Below, piece after piece: positions 12,340 to 26,055 of a stretch of 64,000 bases of DNA. A model generated the notes under the pieces. It searched no databases. It saw only the letters and a program-made list of their open reading frames with translations, and was not told the origin of the DNA. The DNA comes from Azolla caroliniana (lineage: Eukaryota > Plantae > Polypodiophyta): the NCBI GenBank assembly GCA_043228905.1, contig JBHGNT010000020.1:4774001-4838000 (forward strand), read 5' to 3'. Position numbers and translations under genes: made by a program. Numbering within the stretch: the first letter of the stretch is position 1; every line of letters begins with the position of its first letter.

Positions 12340-15116
12340 GTCGCTCTCTCTATACAACGGTTACAACAACAATAACAACCATACTAAAGTGATTGCCCTA
12401 AGTCATATTTATACTTATATGAACTTAGGGCTATTTACAAATATAGCTTCAATGGGCTTACTCAGAAACATATTTACAGATATGTCTTCTACATCCGGTT
12501 CTCACCGGGTCTTCTATATCCGGTTCTCAAGATCCCATCCGGAGGGACTGAAATCCCAACAATCTCCCACTTCACTCTAGAATGGGATGTTTCGTCAACC
12601 TGATCTGTGTCCGACATGCGTCCAGCTTGTCGGGTGTAAGCACTTTGGTCAGGATGTCTGACCCGTTCTCCTCCGTGTGGATCTTCATTAGCACGAACTC
12701 TCAATCTTCAACTCGCTCCCGGATCCAGTGCTACCTGCATTGGATGTGCTTCGTTCTTGAATGGTAGGCCGCGTTCTTTGCAAGGTGGATGACGCTCTGA
12801 CTATCGCAGTAGAGCCGGTGTTCCTCTTGTTGGATCCCTAGCTCACCAATGAAGTCCTTCATCTAGATTATTTCCTTGCCGGTTTCCAACACTGCCATGT
12901 ACTCCGCTTCCGTGGTTGACAACGCAACCGTCTTCTGCAGCCTCGACTGCCACGAAATAGCTTCCCCAGCATAGGTCATGACATATCTGGATGTAGACTG
13001 GCTGGTATCCGCATTAGCCGACATATCTGAATTCGTGAATCTGTCAAAATGGGGTTTACCGGAGCCGAATTAGAGGCACATGCTTGAGGTGCCTTTCAAA
13101 TACCGGAGTATCCACTTGATCACGTTCCAGTGCTCTCTTCCGAGATTGCTCATGAACCAGCTCACCACTCCGACTGCATATCCGATATTCGGCCGGGTAC
13201 ACACCATTGCGTACATCAAGCTCCCGACAACAGAGGCATATTGTATCTTCATCATATTCTCCGTCTTTGCCTTTGTCCTCGGGCTCTGCTTTCCGGTTAG
13301 CTTGCAGTTTGCTGGAAGTGTCGATCTGACCGGTTTCGCGTCCGACATGTTGAACCGTTGAAGCACCTTCGTCGCATACTTTTCCTGTGACAAACACAAT
13401 AGCTTTTTTGGCCGGTCCCGGATGATGTGCATCCCTAGTATATGTCTTGCCGGACCCAAGTCTTTCATTGAGAAGGTCTGGTTAAGGGCCTTCTTCAACA
13501 TCCGTATCTTGACTTGGTCTCGTTCGACAATCAACATGTCGTCCACGTACAGGAGCAATATTAGGAAATCTCCTCCATCAAATTTCTTCACAAACACGCA
13601 GTGATCGGCCTGCGTCTTGTGGTACCCTTAATCGGTCATGAAGGAGTCAAACTTCTGGTACCATTGCCGGGGAGCTTGCTTCAGTCCGTATAAGCTCTTC
13701 TTCAGCCGGCACACCAGGTGCTCCTCCCGTTTCTTCTCAAATCCTTCCGATTAATGCATGTAGATATCTTCTTCGAAGTCTCCATGTAGGAATGTCGTCT
13801 TGACATCCAGTTGCTCTACCTCGAGGTCCATGCTTGCTGTTATGCCCAAAACCGTCCGGATGGATGTCATCTTTACTACCGGGGCAAAGATCTCATCGAA
13901 ATCCACTCCTTTCTTCTGCAGGAAGCCCTTCACCATGATTCAGGCCTTATACCTTGGTGGATGTCTGGTGTCTCCCGGTTTCAGCTTGTACACACACTTG
14001 TTCCGGAGTGCCCTCTTTCCTTCTCTTTCCTTTCAGCAACTCCACCAATTCGTATGTGTGGTTCTCATGTAGGGAATCCATCTCATCCTGCATGGCACTC
14101 AACCACTTGTGGCTGTGGGTGTCTCCTCTTGCTTCTTCAAAGCTTTCCAGCTCCCCCTCATCGGTTAGCAACACATGCTCTACATCCGGAAATCTTCGGG
14201 GGGCTCTTCTCTCCTAGAGAGGATATCTCCGTCCTTGGTTTCTGACTGCTGGTTCGTCCGTTTGTTCCTCATCCTCATCCGATTTGGGATCTTGTCCGGT
14301 TCCGGTGTCTTCTTCTTCTTCTTCTTCGGTCGGTTCGGTTTCCTGTCCGTATCCGGCCGGTTCATCGAGTGCAATCCGGTTACCGGCTAACATCCGGTTT
14401 TCAACCGGGTATATCCTTTTGTCCTCAGGCTGGTTTTCAATGGATGATCCGGAGTTTGTTACCTTCTTCTCCGACTCCCAGTCATCAATGGTCCTGTCTT
14501 CCATGAAGACTATGTCCCGACTTCGGAACACCTTTTTGTTGACCAGATCCACCCGGTAACCGAAATCATCATCGTTGTATCCAAGGAATATGCATGGTCG
14601 GCACTTCGGATCCAACTTTGCTCTCTTGTCCTTTGCCACATGTAGGTATGCGAGACACCCGAACACCTTTAGATGCCGGTAAGACATCCTTACCGGTCCA
14701 TACTTTCTACGGTGAGTCTCCGTCCAAGGGTACTGAGGGTGATCTGTTTATCACATAGGTCGTCGTCGTCAACACCTCAGCCCAAAACGTCTTGAGTAAC
14801 TTGGCATGTGCGAGCATGCTCCGAATTCTCTCCATTATGGTCCGGTTCATCCTTTTGGCCAACCCGTTTAGTTCCGGCGTCTTCAACACGGTGAATTAAA
14901 GCTGGATTCCCTTTGACCGGCAATACTCCTCGAACTACCCCCGATATTCTCCTCCGTTATCTGCTCGAACCACCTTCAGCTTTCAGCTGGTTTCTCTTTC
15001 CACTCTTGCATGGAGCTCCTTGAAGACGAATAGCACCTGATCCTTCATTTTCAACGGCAAGACCCACAGCTTTCGGTTGTGGTCATCTATGAACATCACG
15101 AAGTACTGCGATCTGG

Positions 15117-16644
15117 TGTCAAGAATAGTACTAAAACAAAGAGAGAATTGGTACTAGAGAAGGGAAGTACTATTAGTACTAAGACAATGGGATTGCGTAA
15201 GACTCCCGAGAGGGAGGAAAGAGAAGAAAAGAGAAAGAGAGAGATATAGTGAGGACGAGAGAGAGAGAGAGAGAGAGAGAGGGATGACAATAACAAATGA
15301 TATATTATAGGAAGAGTAAGTACAAGATGGCTATGAGGCTTAAGATTGGCGTTGAACCAATTTGGTTCAACATAATGCCTAGTGCCTTCTTTTATAGTGC
15401 TCTTAAGAGTAATCCTGAAGCTTCTAGAATGTTCCCAAGAAATCTGGAATATACATTAATTTCCTATAATAAAACTTAAATGAAAATAACATCCTACGTA
15501 TTACAATAGATGGTATAGTGGTCAAGAGCTCGACCCATATAACATAAGGTCATGGGTTCGAGTCTTGCCATATCATGACACTATCTCTTCCTTAAGATGA
15601 CGAGTGGAACGAGTCGGCGCTGATTGCGGACCGGGTTTGTTCGGATACTTTCACTGGAACTTTGCAAGAAGATCCTGAGCATTGGCGACATGCTCGACCA
15701 AGTACGTTCGCTTGGACTATAGCTAAGCCAATCGACCAAATAATAAAGTTTGTTGCGAACAAGTTTGGAATCGAGGACGGCAGCAACTTCATACTCCATG
15801 CCGGATTCCAACTCAAGCGGAGGTGGCGGTGGTGTAACACGATCGGGAATAGTGTTTGCTTTGTAAGCTTCAAGAAGAGAGCTATGGAAAACCGGATGTA
15901 TCTGAAGATGCGGAGGGAGATCAAGGCGGAACGTGACATCATTAACCTTACTAGTAATATGGAAAGGACCGAGTCGTCCATAATCCAACTTGTCGCCCGG
16001 TCGAGTGGTCTTGATGTGACGACGTAAGAGCCATACGTGAGAGATCCATCTGGATTTTGCGTAGCCTCTCGAAATGATCCTCGGCACGAGGATTGGCAGG
16101 TAGCTCTAGGGTGTCGATCACTGACCAGTGAGGATGAGAACCGATGTAAGTGTAAAATGGGGAAACCCTAGTCGAGGAGTGAACAACATTATTATATGCA
16201 AACTCTGCAAAGTGGAGAATCTCGGTCGAATCGTCCTATTGATAACTCAGAAAACATGGGAGATATTGTTCCAACGTTTGGTTTGTTCGTTCTGCCTGCC
16301 CATCGGTCTGGGGATGGTAGTTGGAGGAGAGGTTTCAAGAGACCTTGAGCATCTTGAAGAGATGCTGCCAAAATTTGGAGACGATTTGAGGTCCTCGGTC
16401 ACTGATGATATTGTTTGGGAGGCCATGATGCCGAAATACCTCACGCATGACAAGGGCAGCGGTTTCCTCGCTAGTGATGGCCTTAGTACACGGCACAAAA
16501 TGTGCCATCTTCGTATATCGATCGACGACGGTTAAGATAGCATCGAACCCCTTCGAGACCGGCAGATGGCATTATGTTATATGGGTCAAGAGCTCGACCC
16601 ATATAACATAAGGTCATGGGTTCGAGTCTTGCCATATCATGACA
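15117..16644 (-). mobile_element. Internally deleted chromovirus Gypsy (LTR 15117-15580, INT + chromodomain, ~70 bp 5' LTR stub)
   Basis: TSD TCTGG/TCCGG. PPT AAGGAAGAGATAG. ORF 15581-16087 has GPF...HPVFH and chromodomain YEVAAVLDSK...YYLVDW. Confidence 0.9.
15511..15569 (+). promoter_or_regulatory. tRNA-like Pol III A/B box module at LTR 5' end (antisense to LTR)
   Basis: TGGTATAGTGG (fits TRGYNNARYGG) at 15511 and GGTTCGAGTC at 15555. Confidence 0.7.
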
Positions 16645-19600
16645 TCCGGCATGTGACTTCGTGTCCACTTGACACATCGGTATGCACCAGCTCTAGTGCT
16701 GCATTTCGTCTCATCGGTGGTCTTGACCAGAAGGAGGTGCGATTTTGCTTGCCGGCCAAGCAATCGATGCACTTCTCAAGTTGCACGTCCTTCACTGGAA
16801 TGAGGTTGTCTTTGGCAAGCCTCTTCATCCCCTTCTCACTCATGTGACACAGTCTTTTGTGCCATAGCTCACCGGTAGTGTTGGACGCTACGTTCACTTC
16901 TTCCCGGCGTATCCGGGCATTCATCAAGTACAATGTATTGACCTTCTAGGCTCGAGCCACTATTAAGCTCCCTTTGCAGAATTTCATGACATCGTTCTAG
17001 TTGCTGCCTGTGTAGCCTTCATCATCTAACTGACCGGCTGATATCAGGTTTAGTCGAACCTCCGGAACGTGTCGGACATCCTTCAGTAGCAACTTGCATC
17101 CGGTTGATGTCGTCAACAACACATCTCCTATGCCGATAATTCGGCATGTCCATTCATTTCCCATCCGTACACAACCGTGCTCACCGACTGTGTAGGATGA
17201 GAAGCATTTTCGGTCCGGGGTAAGGTGGAACGATGCTCTGGAATCGACAACCCATGTTGTCTCGTCGATGACAAGGTTCAACTCGCTCTCCTTGGTGATG
17301 AGCATTAGTTCTTCTTCACTTGCTTCGATCGCCGTCGTTCCCTTCCGGTCCGGGCCTCGCAGATCCGAACCGTTTCGGTCCGGTGACTTCTTCGAATTGG
17401 TACTGTCGGTTCTGTTGTCCTTCCTGAAATGCCGATAGTTCTTCTAGAAGTGCCCCGGCTTGCCGCAATAGAAGCAAGTGGGCCTCCCCCTTGACTTTGA
17501 CTGTGTCCTCGACTTTTCCCGGTTCTGGGGACTCCGATTCCTTTGTCTTCCGCGTTCCGATTCGGTAAGGAGGGCTTTGGCGTCGGAGATCACCTCCTTG
17601 TCTTTCCAACGTGCCTCATCATCTAACAAGCTCGACTTGACTCTTGCTAGGGATAGTTGTTTTCCTTCCAGCCCGGTGTTGCCCAACGTGATAACTAACG
17701 TCTCCCAGCTATCTGGGAGAGAACCGAGCAGGAGTAGAGCAAGTACCTCATCGGCGAGAGGTACTTCCAACGAGGTTGCTTGGTGTATCATCCTCGGAAG
17801 GCATTCATGTGCTCCGCCATACTGGAGCCGTCTTGGTACCGGAGCCTCACTAGCTTCCGGAATAACAAAACCCGATTAACAACATTTTTGTTCTGAAACA
17901 TAATGCCCTCCCAGAGCTCATGAGCCTTGCTCTCTTCATTGAAGTTGTTGTACAAGCTCATGTTGATGAAGCACCGGATGTATGCCGTTGTCTTCATGTG
18001 CATCACCTCCCACACCATGGCATTGATCTTGTCCGGTCTCTTGTCCCCGAACTGAACCAGCAACCAAAGATCTTTAACCAACCACCAGCATGTCCCTCAT
18101 CTTCGACTTCCACACTGAGTAGTTGGAGCCAGTGAGCTTGAACATGTCGCCGTAAGATTCCTCCATTTTCTGTGTTGCTTGCTCTGATACCAGTTTGATG
18201 AGAAACGCACGGAATATCGCTCGGCCACAATCGAGTAATAAATCACTTCTATAAGAATCAAACATAGAAATGGGAAGTGGAGAGTACACAATAAAAATGA
18301 CACAGGATGTTTACGTGGAAAACCCTAATAGGGAGAAACCACGGGAGCCCACAGACTCCGAACTATCACTATGAAGAGAAGGGGTACAATTAGAGACTTA
18401 GAGGCAACAACCTCAAGCTCTGTTTCTTCGCACAGTGGCGGTTACAACAGAGTATCGCTTTGTATCTCTCTCTCCCTCTCCCTCTCCCTCCCTCTCTCTC
18501 TCTCTCTCTCCCTCTCTCTATACAATGGTTACAACAACAATAACTACCATACTAAAGTGATTGCCCTAAGTCATATTTATACTTATATTAACTTAGGGCT
18601 ATTTACAAATATAGCCTCAATGGGCTTACTCAGAAACATATTTACAGATATGTCTTCTACATCCGGTTCTCACCGGGTCTTTTACATCCAGTTCTCAAGA
18701 TCCCATCCGGAGGGACTGAAATCCCAACAGTAAAGTCTCAACTTGCAGCATCATTCAAAATGAAGGATCTAGGGTACCTTCATTACTTCCTCGGGATCAA
18801 AGTGATCCGAACCCCTGAAGGCATATTGATCAGCCAACGCCATTACATGTTGAATATGCTCATCAAGTTCGGGATAGTAGAATGTAAGCTCATCTCAACC
18901 CCTTTAGACGGAAATGTGAAGCTTCGCCACGGTTCGGGAATGTCGTGCGACCAGACATAGTTCTGACATATTGTCAGAAGCCTCATTTACTTGACAATCA
19001 CTCGACCAGACCTCAGTTACCCAATCAACTTGATCAGTCAATTCATATCGCAACCAAAGGCCGAACATGTTTACTGCATGCAAAGGATATTCCGATATGT
19101 TAGCGGCACTAAGGAAAGAGTGTTGTTGTATCGGGCAGGAGTAGCTTATGAGTTAATCGGTTACACAAATGTTGATTGGGCCAGAAATGCCAACGATCAC
19201 GACTAAACATCCAAGTTTACGTTTTCTTTGGGAAGCGCTGCAATTGCTTGGAGCAGTAAGAAGCAACCGACAGTAACACTGTTGAGCACTAAGGCCGAGT
19301 ATCGAGGGGCGGTTGTTGCTACGTGTGAAGCCATTTGGCTGAAAAGGCTTTTGAAGGATTTGCACGTAGAGGTGTCCGAGCCAACAATGATATACTGTGA
19401 CAACCTCAGCAACATCCAACTTATGAAGAACCCCGTCTTCCATGCCCGGACAAAGCATATCGAAGTGCACTATCATTTTGTCTACAAACAAGTCCCCTTC
19501 GGAGAAGTCGAACTTCTTCATGTCCCAACTGATCGGCAGGTGGCTCATATCTTCACCAAACCTCTTGGCCTAGACAAGTTGTGGCATTTTTCGAGCATGT

Positions 19601-21365
19601 TTGGCCTACAACACCTCGATATGCTGAACTTGAGGGGGAGGAGTGAAGTTGAAAATGAGAGAGACGAAGTCCGAAAAGCCGACCCAGATGAAGAATTCGA
19701 TTTCGGCCCAAATGAAGAAGTTGGAATGTTCAGATCGGCTAAAGAACGAGAATGCATGGACTGATGGAAGAAGATCGGCTAATCGAAGGATAGCGAGATG
19801 TTGGAGGAGTGGCTGAAAAAGAGAGCCGAATCCAGAGCCAACTGAACCAAGGGGAAGTGAAGCCGGCAAGGGCAAGAAAGATGGCAGAGTCAAAAAGGAC
19901 AAAGCCGATCGACTGAAGCCAAGAGCAAGACATAGGCAGATGTGGTCGAGGGCCAGAAAGGGGACGAATCGGAGACAACTGATTCAATTGAAAGTCAAAG
20001 TGAATCAGAAGTAACCGATTCAATTGAAATGTTTGATTTGGAGGAGCCGAATCGACTGGCCAAGCAGACGAGAAGGCAGTTGAAGCCGATGGTGAGACGG
20101 AGGAGCCAACGGGTCTAGGGGCGCCAATACCGTAGTAGCGAGGGAGTTGAGAAGGGCCAAAGCAACAGACAAGCCGACCGTAGAGGTCGAGGTGCACGAA
20201 ACCAAACAAGTCAAAAAGCATCAAATCGCAGGGGCCGTGGGACGCCGAACCAAACTGGAAAAGGAGCACGAGTGAGGCAACATGACGATAGGAGAAGAGG
20301 CTGGAGTGACAAACCAATGGGAATTGACACGGAGGGACCTCAAGTTGAGCTTGAGGGGGAATGTTGAGAGACAAGCTCAATAATGGGCCAATTCGGCTGA
20401 AGAAGCTGAGAACTGAGAACTGAGGGCCGAAGGCCATGAGCTGGGGATTCAGTTGAAGAAGCCGAGAACGCCGAGGGCCGAGGGTCGTGAGCTGAGTAGG
20501 AAGGTTTCCGAAAGGCCGTTGAGGGTCTATATTCCTACTATAGTAAATAGGAATATTGTAGACAAATTTAGTGTCAAGCTCATTTATGAGCATATTTAAG
20601 TACTGACGGTACTTGTGTCAGCCCACTTGTCAAGGGCTTGTATAAAAAGTGCTCATTGAGCACAATGCATGTACAAGGTTTTCATTATTCGAAATAGTTT
20701 TTGTTTACTACTCTCTCTGTTGGCTGGCAAGACCAAAGGGCCGGTTAGAGTCTAGAATGTGAAAAGGGTATTAGTTAAGGATAGGGAGTTGCTATAGATA
20801 AATATTATGTTATTTTGAGAAGATAAATATTATGCTATTTTGAGAAGCGGGCGGACGGACCAGAATCGGTATGCCGATTCGGATCCGAACCAGATCGTTG
20901 TCGGCTGCCGATTGGCACCGGTTTGTAACTCAGTCGGAGACCTATAAAAGGACCCAACAAGAATGTAATCAGGGATGGATAATTAATAGAAGCGTTGTTG
21001 TTTTAAGTATTGTTTAGTGTCTATTTGGTTACCGTCCTATACTTAATATCATTAATCTTACGCGTGTGTTACGATCATTAACAATGCCGATTACTAATCG
21101 ATTAAGACCCATTTGATACCATGGTCCATCCATATCTCACCATACCACCCTTTGGGGAAGTGTTCCATAGGGACACCCTATGTTAGGGCTTGTCCAGCCT
21201 AAAGGATAACATAGTTTTTCCCTGATTACATTCTTGCCGGGTCCTTTTATAGGTCTCTAGCTGAGTTACAAACCGGTGCCAACCGGCAATCGGCAATGAG
21301 CCGGGCCGGACCCGAATCCGCTTCTCAAAATAACATTTGTACGTCGAATCCATGGTTAGCCCTTT

Positions 21366-24076
21366 TCAATTGTCTGTCAAAATGTCGAGAATGATTTGGT
21401 CTAAGGGTTCTAGAGGTTCTTCGGGTAGTTGCTCCGTTTGTTGTGGTGGTTTGCTATTGCTGTTGCTATTGCTCTCCGACCTGCTCTTCCTTTCCGGCTC
21501 CAGTCCCTTCCAGGCTTCCGTCTCCGGCTCATTTGTTTTGGACTCCTCCTCCTCCTGACGTCCGGCTTGCACTGACTCCTGCGGGTTCGGCTGCTACACT
21601 TGAGTTACATTTGGCTAACTTCCTCCGGTTTCGACTGCATTCGGCGTCTGTTCCAGAGAGTGCTCTTTGTCACTAATGTTAATTGTCATCGTTCTTCTAG
21701 CCATTTGTTGTCTCTGCTCCCGTTCATATCGCTTGAACTGAAGTTGGGTATCCAGCTGGTCGTCATCCAGCTGTTCCACCAACCAGCCCACCGCCACCAA
21801 ATGCTCTCCGACCAAGGACAGGAAGTCATCCGTTAACTCCTCCCGTATGGTCACAACGCTTTCTGCGTCCATTTTGTAGAAGTTATCGCTATCCTTTTGC
21901 TGGTTCTCCACATTTGTTCGCAGGACCTACAACTTGGCTGCCTGCTTTGCCCATTTGGACCACCACTGTACTGAGCTTTCTTCAACTAGCCTCCTCGTCC
22001 GGTCCCTCCATGTAAGTACAATGTCTCGAATACGGCCAAGTCCCATCTTTGACTTCTCCTCCGTAACCTACTTTTCATCCTTTAATTGCTTTATGAGGAT
22101 CGTGGTTGCCTCAACTTGTCCTTGATATGGCATCAGTTGCGTCTGATAAGTCGTCTAAACTCTATTCAGAGCCATCTTTGCTCGTTCCATCTCTTGATGA
22201 TGCTGCCGGGTAAGCTCTATTTTGTCCTTCGCCACTTCTGCCAGCATCTTTCCCGCTTTAACTCCCTGGTCCTTTATTCGCCAATGCCGATGCCGTCCTG
22301 TTGACATCATCCTAGAGTTCCCGCATTTTCTGTTGCTGCCAGTCACCTTTTGTCATCAATTTCTTGTGTTCCGCCGCTAGGTTCTTGTGATCCTAGTGCA
22401 ACCTGTCAAAATCCTCCATTTTTTGTTTCAGCCTTTGATTGACTTGGCGTCAGGCCCGGTTCTCACGGTCCTTTTGTTGCCGGAGTTCTTCTTGGAGCCG
22501 CTCAATCGCTACTTCCGCTGATCGCTAGAGTTTGTCCTTTTCTTGCAACAACTTTTCTTTTTCTTCCTTCAATCGGTCATATGCTTGATGACCCGTCCGT
22601 AGATTGTCCTCGGCTCTTTGGAAGTTCTCTGCCATTTTCCGTTGTTCCTCCTCCGCCACCTTCTTCAAGTTTCGTTCCCTAGCCCTTAAGGCCTCTTGGG
22701 CTGCTAATTCCTCTCTGAGAGTGGCAAGTTCTTATTCTTGTGCCTTATTTGCATCCGGTGCTATTTTAGTTACCGACATCTTATTGGTCTGTTCATTCAC
22801 CGTAGCCACCGGTTCTGGTAGTATTGGTCCTTCTATGACCTGCTTAGCCGCCTCTGCTTCGGCCTACACAATTTCTTCTTCCATGCTCCGGATCCTTGAC
22901 CGGGCTACGCTTCTAGCAATGTAGGAGGTTATCGGCGAGGTCTTCCTCCACCTCCTCCTCTTGGGTTCTGATATTGAACTTCGTTGCCAAGGGTTCCGGT
23001 TCTTGTTCTTGTCGGCGCAGCTTGATTTTAAAGGGCCTTACTGGTGGCTCCACCGGTGTCTTTGTCTCTCCTTGTCTCTTCCGGCTAGGCGGTTCTTTCC
23101 CTTGCTACGAGGTACTGCCCTCTTTCCATCTGGGCGTGCGCTTGGCCAGGAGTTGCTACCGTTTTGAATGTTTGTTGGGCGTGGTCTCCGTTACTCGAAC
23201 TCATTTCTTCGTCTTTATCGGCTCCACCGGGGCCGCCAAGAGAGTCAGTCATTGAGCCACGACCGTCCATAATAATTTCTTGCCATTCTACACTGATTCT
23301 ATCGCCGTTCGCAAGCAATCTGTGATGATTACCGACCAATCCACTTGCACCGTGTATGTAGCAATGATGAAACCGGCTTTATTCTTGGGCATTGCCGGGG
23401 GTCGGGGGTACACGAACCCATACTCGTGGAGGACACGAGCCACTTCTCTGAATAGGGGGTCTTCACCACCCTGTGTCCGGTGAGCCTTGCTGGTGAGGGA
23501 ATACTCACCAAAAAACTTGGTTAGCGTTTCAGGAGAAGGGTTCTTGATGGAGTATATGCCCCCTTCCGGCAATCCGATTAGATTGCGGATGGCTTCCTCC
23601 ATTATGAATTCTGTGTCGATTTTAAGCACGATTTTGGTCCTCGCCACCCTGTATCCAGTGAGCCTTGGTGGCGAGGGAACACTCGCCAAAAAACTTGGTT
23701 AGCGTTTCAGGAGAAGGGTTCTTGGAGTAGATGCCCCCTTCCGGCAATTCAATTAGAGCGCGGATGGCTTCCTCCGTTATGACTTCTGTGTCAATTTTAA
23801 ACACGATTTCTTTTGCCTCGTCGTGCAGCGGTGCCTCTGCTATCCTCAGGAAGCCTACCAACCCATGTTGGTTGAACCACTTCTTGGCTGTTTTGAAAGT
23901 GCCATAGGTTCCATCTCGTGGTCTGGTTCTATGGGGGTGGGCAGGGCCGATGTGTTTGTATGTGCTTCTTGCGTCTGTCTGCTTACTTGTATTGTCCTTT
24001 GTGCGCTCAATGCTCTATGTTCGCGAAATGAGAGAGGCTCTGCGAGGCGGAGGTTTCGTGTTCCCATGCTTGGCAC
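21366..24076 (-). pseudogene. Degenerate additional (3') ORF of the Gypsy element: globular domain + long coiled coil
   Basis: Co-oriented ORF fragments downstream of integrase (23288-23689, 21615-21911 and others), E/K/R/Q-rich. Internal ~180 bp duplication at 23500-23810. Confidence 0.55.
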
Positions 24077-26055
24077 CTTTCTCGATTCCCACGCATGCTC
24101 GTCGTGTACTATAATAGCAATTGTGTGACACGTGGTGCACTTTAACTAGGCTTTAAATAGCCACTACATGCCTTTTCGAGGTGTCCGTTCGCTCCTCGCC
24201 TCTTCATGATGATTTTTTTTTCTTCTTCTAGTTCTGATTACCCAGTAACCCTGGCTCCATTGTCTGTTTTTCTTCATGGTTGCCGGCCAACTGCTTGCTG
24301 CTGCCTATTTCCGCATTGTTCTTCGGTTGATGAAATGGGTTCTGTGGCATGGGTCCATAATATGGTTTAAGTCGGAACCCATTTACCCACTTGTCCAGCA
24401 CCTTGCCGGCTAGCGTTCCCAGCTGATATGAGCTGTTGAACTCTCGCGTTATCCAATATGGTCCGGTCCATCAGAACCGTAGCTTCCTCGACATCTTGCC
24501 CATCCGGGTTTGGAACACTAGTACCGGCTTGCCGATTCCAAATGTCTTCTCATTACCCTTCCGGTGGTAGTTGACGAATGCTTTCCGTCGTCGTTGCTCG
24601 AGTTCCATCTGCATTAGGCTCGCTATTCGGTGCTCCTCTAGCTCGCATAGTGCTGCTAACTGGATTTTTTCTGACTCCTTCTCGCTCAGCTGGTCCCAGA
24701 CCTGTATCCATAAGCTTGGAATCTGGAATTCTATTGGCATCACTGCTTTGAGACCAAATGCTAAACGGAATGGTGTTGTCCGGGTACTTGTTTTGTATGC
24801 CATCCGGTAAGCCCATAATGCGTTGTGCAACTTTGTATCCCAATTGGTTCGGTTCTCATTGACAATCTTCTGGAGAATATTTTGCAGAGTTTTATTGGTG
24901 GATTCGGCCAATCCATTGGCCTGCGGGTAATAAGGGGTGCTTCGCTTGTGTACGACCGCATAAAATGTTGTTAGGCTTTCCACCACTTGGCCGAGGAAGT
25001 GTCCACCTTGGTCGCTGATTAATTCGATTGGACATCCATACCAACACCAGATGTACTTGTATAGGAACTTTGCCATCGACGTCGTGGTATTGTCACGTAG
25101 TGCCTTGGCTTCCACCCATTTTGTACAGTAATCTGTGGCGACAATTATGTACCTGTTGCCGGTTCGCATTGCCGATGGCTTTAATGGTCCAACGAAGTCC
25201 AACCCCCATTTCTGGAATGGCTCTAGAGGTAGTACCGGCTGGTGCGGCATGCGTGCTTGTTTCGTTGGCTGGCCCATTCTTTGACACAGATCACATTCCT
25301 TCGTATATCAAACCGAGTCCTTTAGTGTCGTTGGCTACCATAAGCCGCAACGCCATATTTTCCTTGCCGTAGCTTCTCCGGCATAATGTCCTCCGACGAC
25401 CCCACAATGCACTTCCCGTAAAATGGTGTCTTTTTCATCACTCTGGACCACTCGCCGCCATATGCCATCCGCTCCTTTATGATACAATGTATCCTGCACT
25501 AGACAAAAGTGTTGGTTTACACCACCAACCGTTTACGTTCATCCTAATTCATCTCTTCTGGGGGTAGTCTGGTGCTTAAGAACTGGTGCATGATCGTTAG
25601 CCATTTGTCCTCTTCCGCGACCATCCCCTCTACCATGGTTTCCGTTGCAATTTTAAACAATTTGGCATCCGTAAAGTCATCTTGAACACCATCATCGGTC
25701 TCTCTAGATTCTAACCGGCTCAAGTAATCGGCAACCGCATGTTGTATACCTGACCAGTGATAGATCTCAAATTCAAATTCTTGTAATAATAATGTCCACC
25801 GAGCCAGGTTGCCGCTGAGTGATGCCTTTGAGACCAAGTATAAAAGCGTTGAATGGTCTACATGGAATGAAAACTTGCAGCCCAACAAATAATTATAGTA
25901 TTTGGTGACACTATATATCATTCCTAGGGCTTCTCTTTCCATAGTGGAATAATTTCGCTCTGCCTTTGACAGCTTCCGGCTAGCGTAACACACCAGCCGG
26001 TACCACTTAGGTTCGGTAAGTTGCATGATTATGCTGCCGATTGCGATATCTGACG

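Larger units (their letters stand above)
12020..18729 (-). mobile_element. Full-length degenerate Copia (Tork/Tnt1-like)
   Basis: LTRs 12020-12561 and 18196-18729, TSD GTAAA on both sides, PBS tRNA-iMet (TGGTATCAGAGC on minus, 18181-18192), PPT at 12562. Gag, INT, RT and RH ORF fragments in Copia order. Confidence 0.95.
11101..20361 (+). pseudogene. Copia pol (RT-RNase H), split by the 12020-18729 insertion
   Basis: ORF 11331-12014 (KARLVAKG, QMDV, LYVDD) resumes at 18735 (MKDLG...YFLG; RNase H 19228-19764). PPT GAGGGGGAA precedes the LTR at 20362. Confidence 0.9.

Noticed and set aside
12195-12392. Repeated ORF MKRRGTIRD... (also 18371; similarly 46057/51039)
   Set aside because: These lie within paired LTRs and run through microsatellites; not genes.
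15511-15569. Functional tRNA gene (also the other five modules)
   Set aside because: No convincing acceptor or anticodon stems; only the A/B boxes and sometimes the T-arm are retained.
19739-20593. 284-aa minus-strand ORF
   Set aside because: Antisense to a purine-rich Copia 3' region and LTR, low complexity, no recognisable domain.
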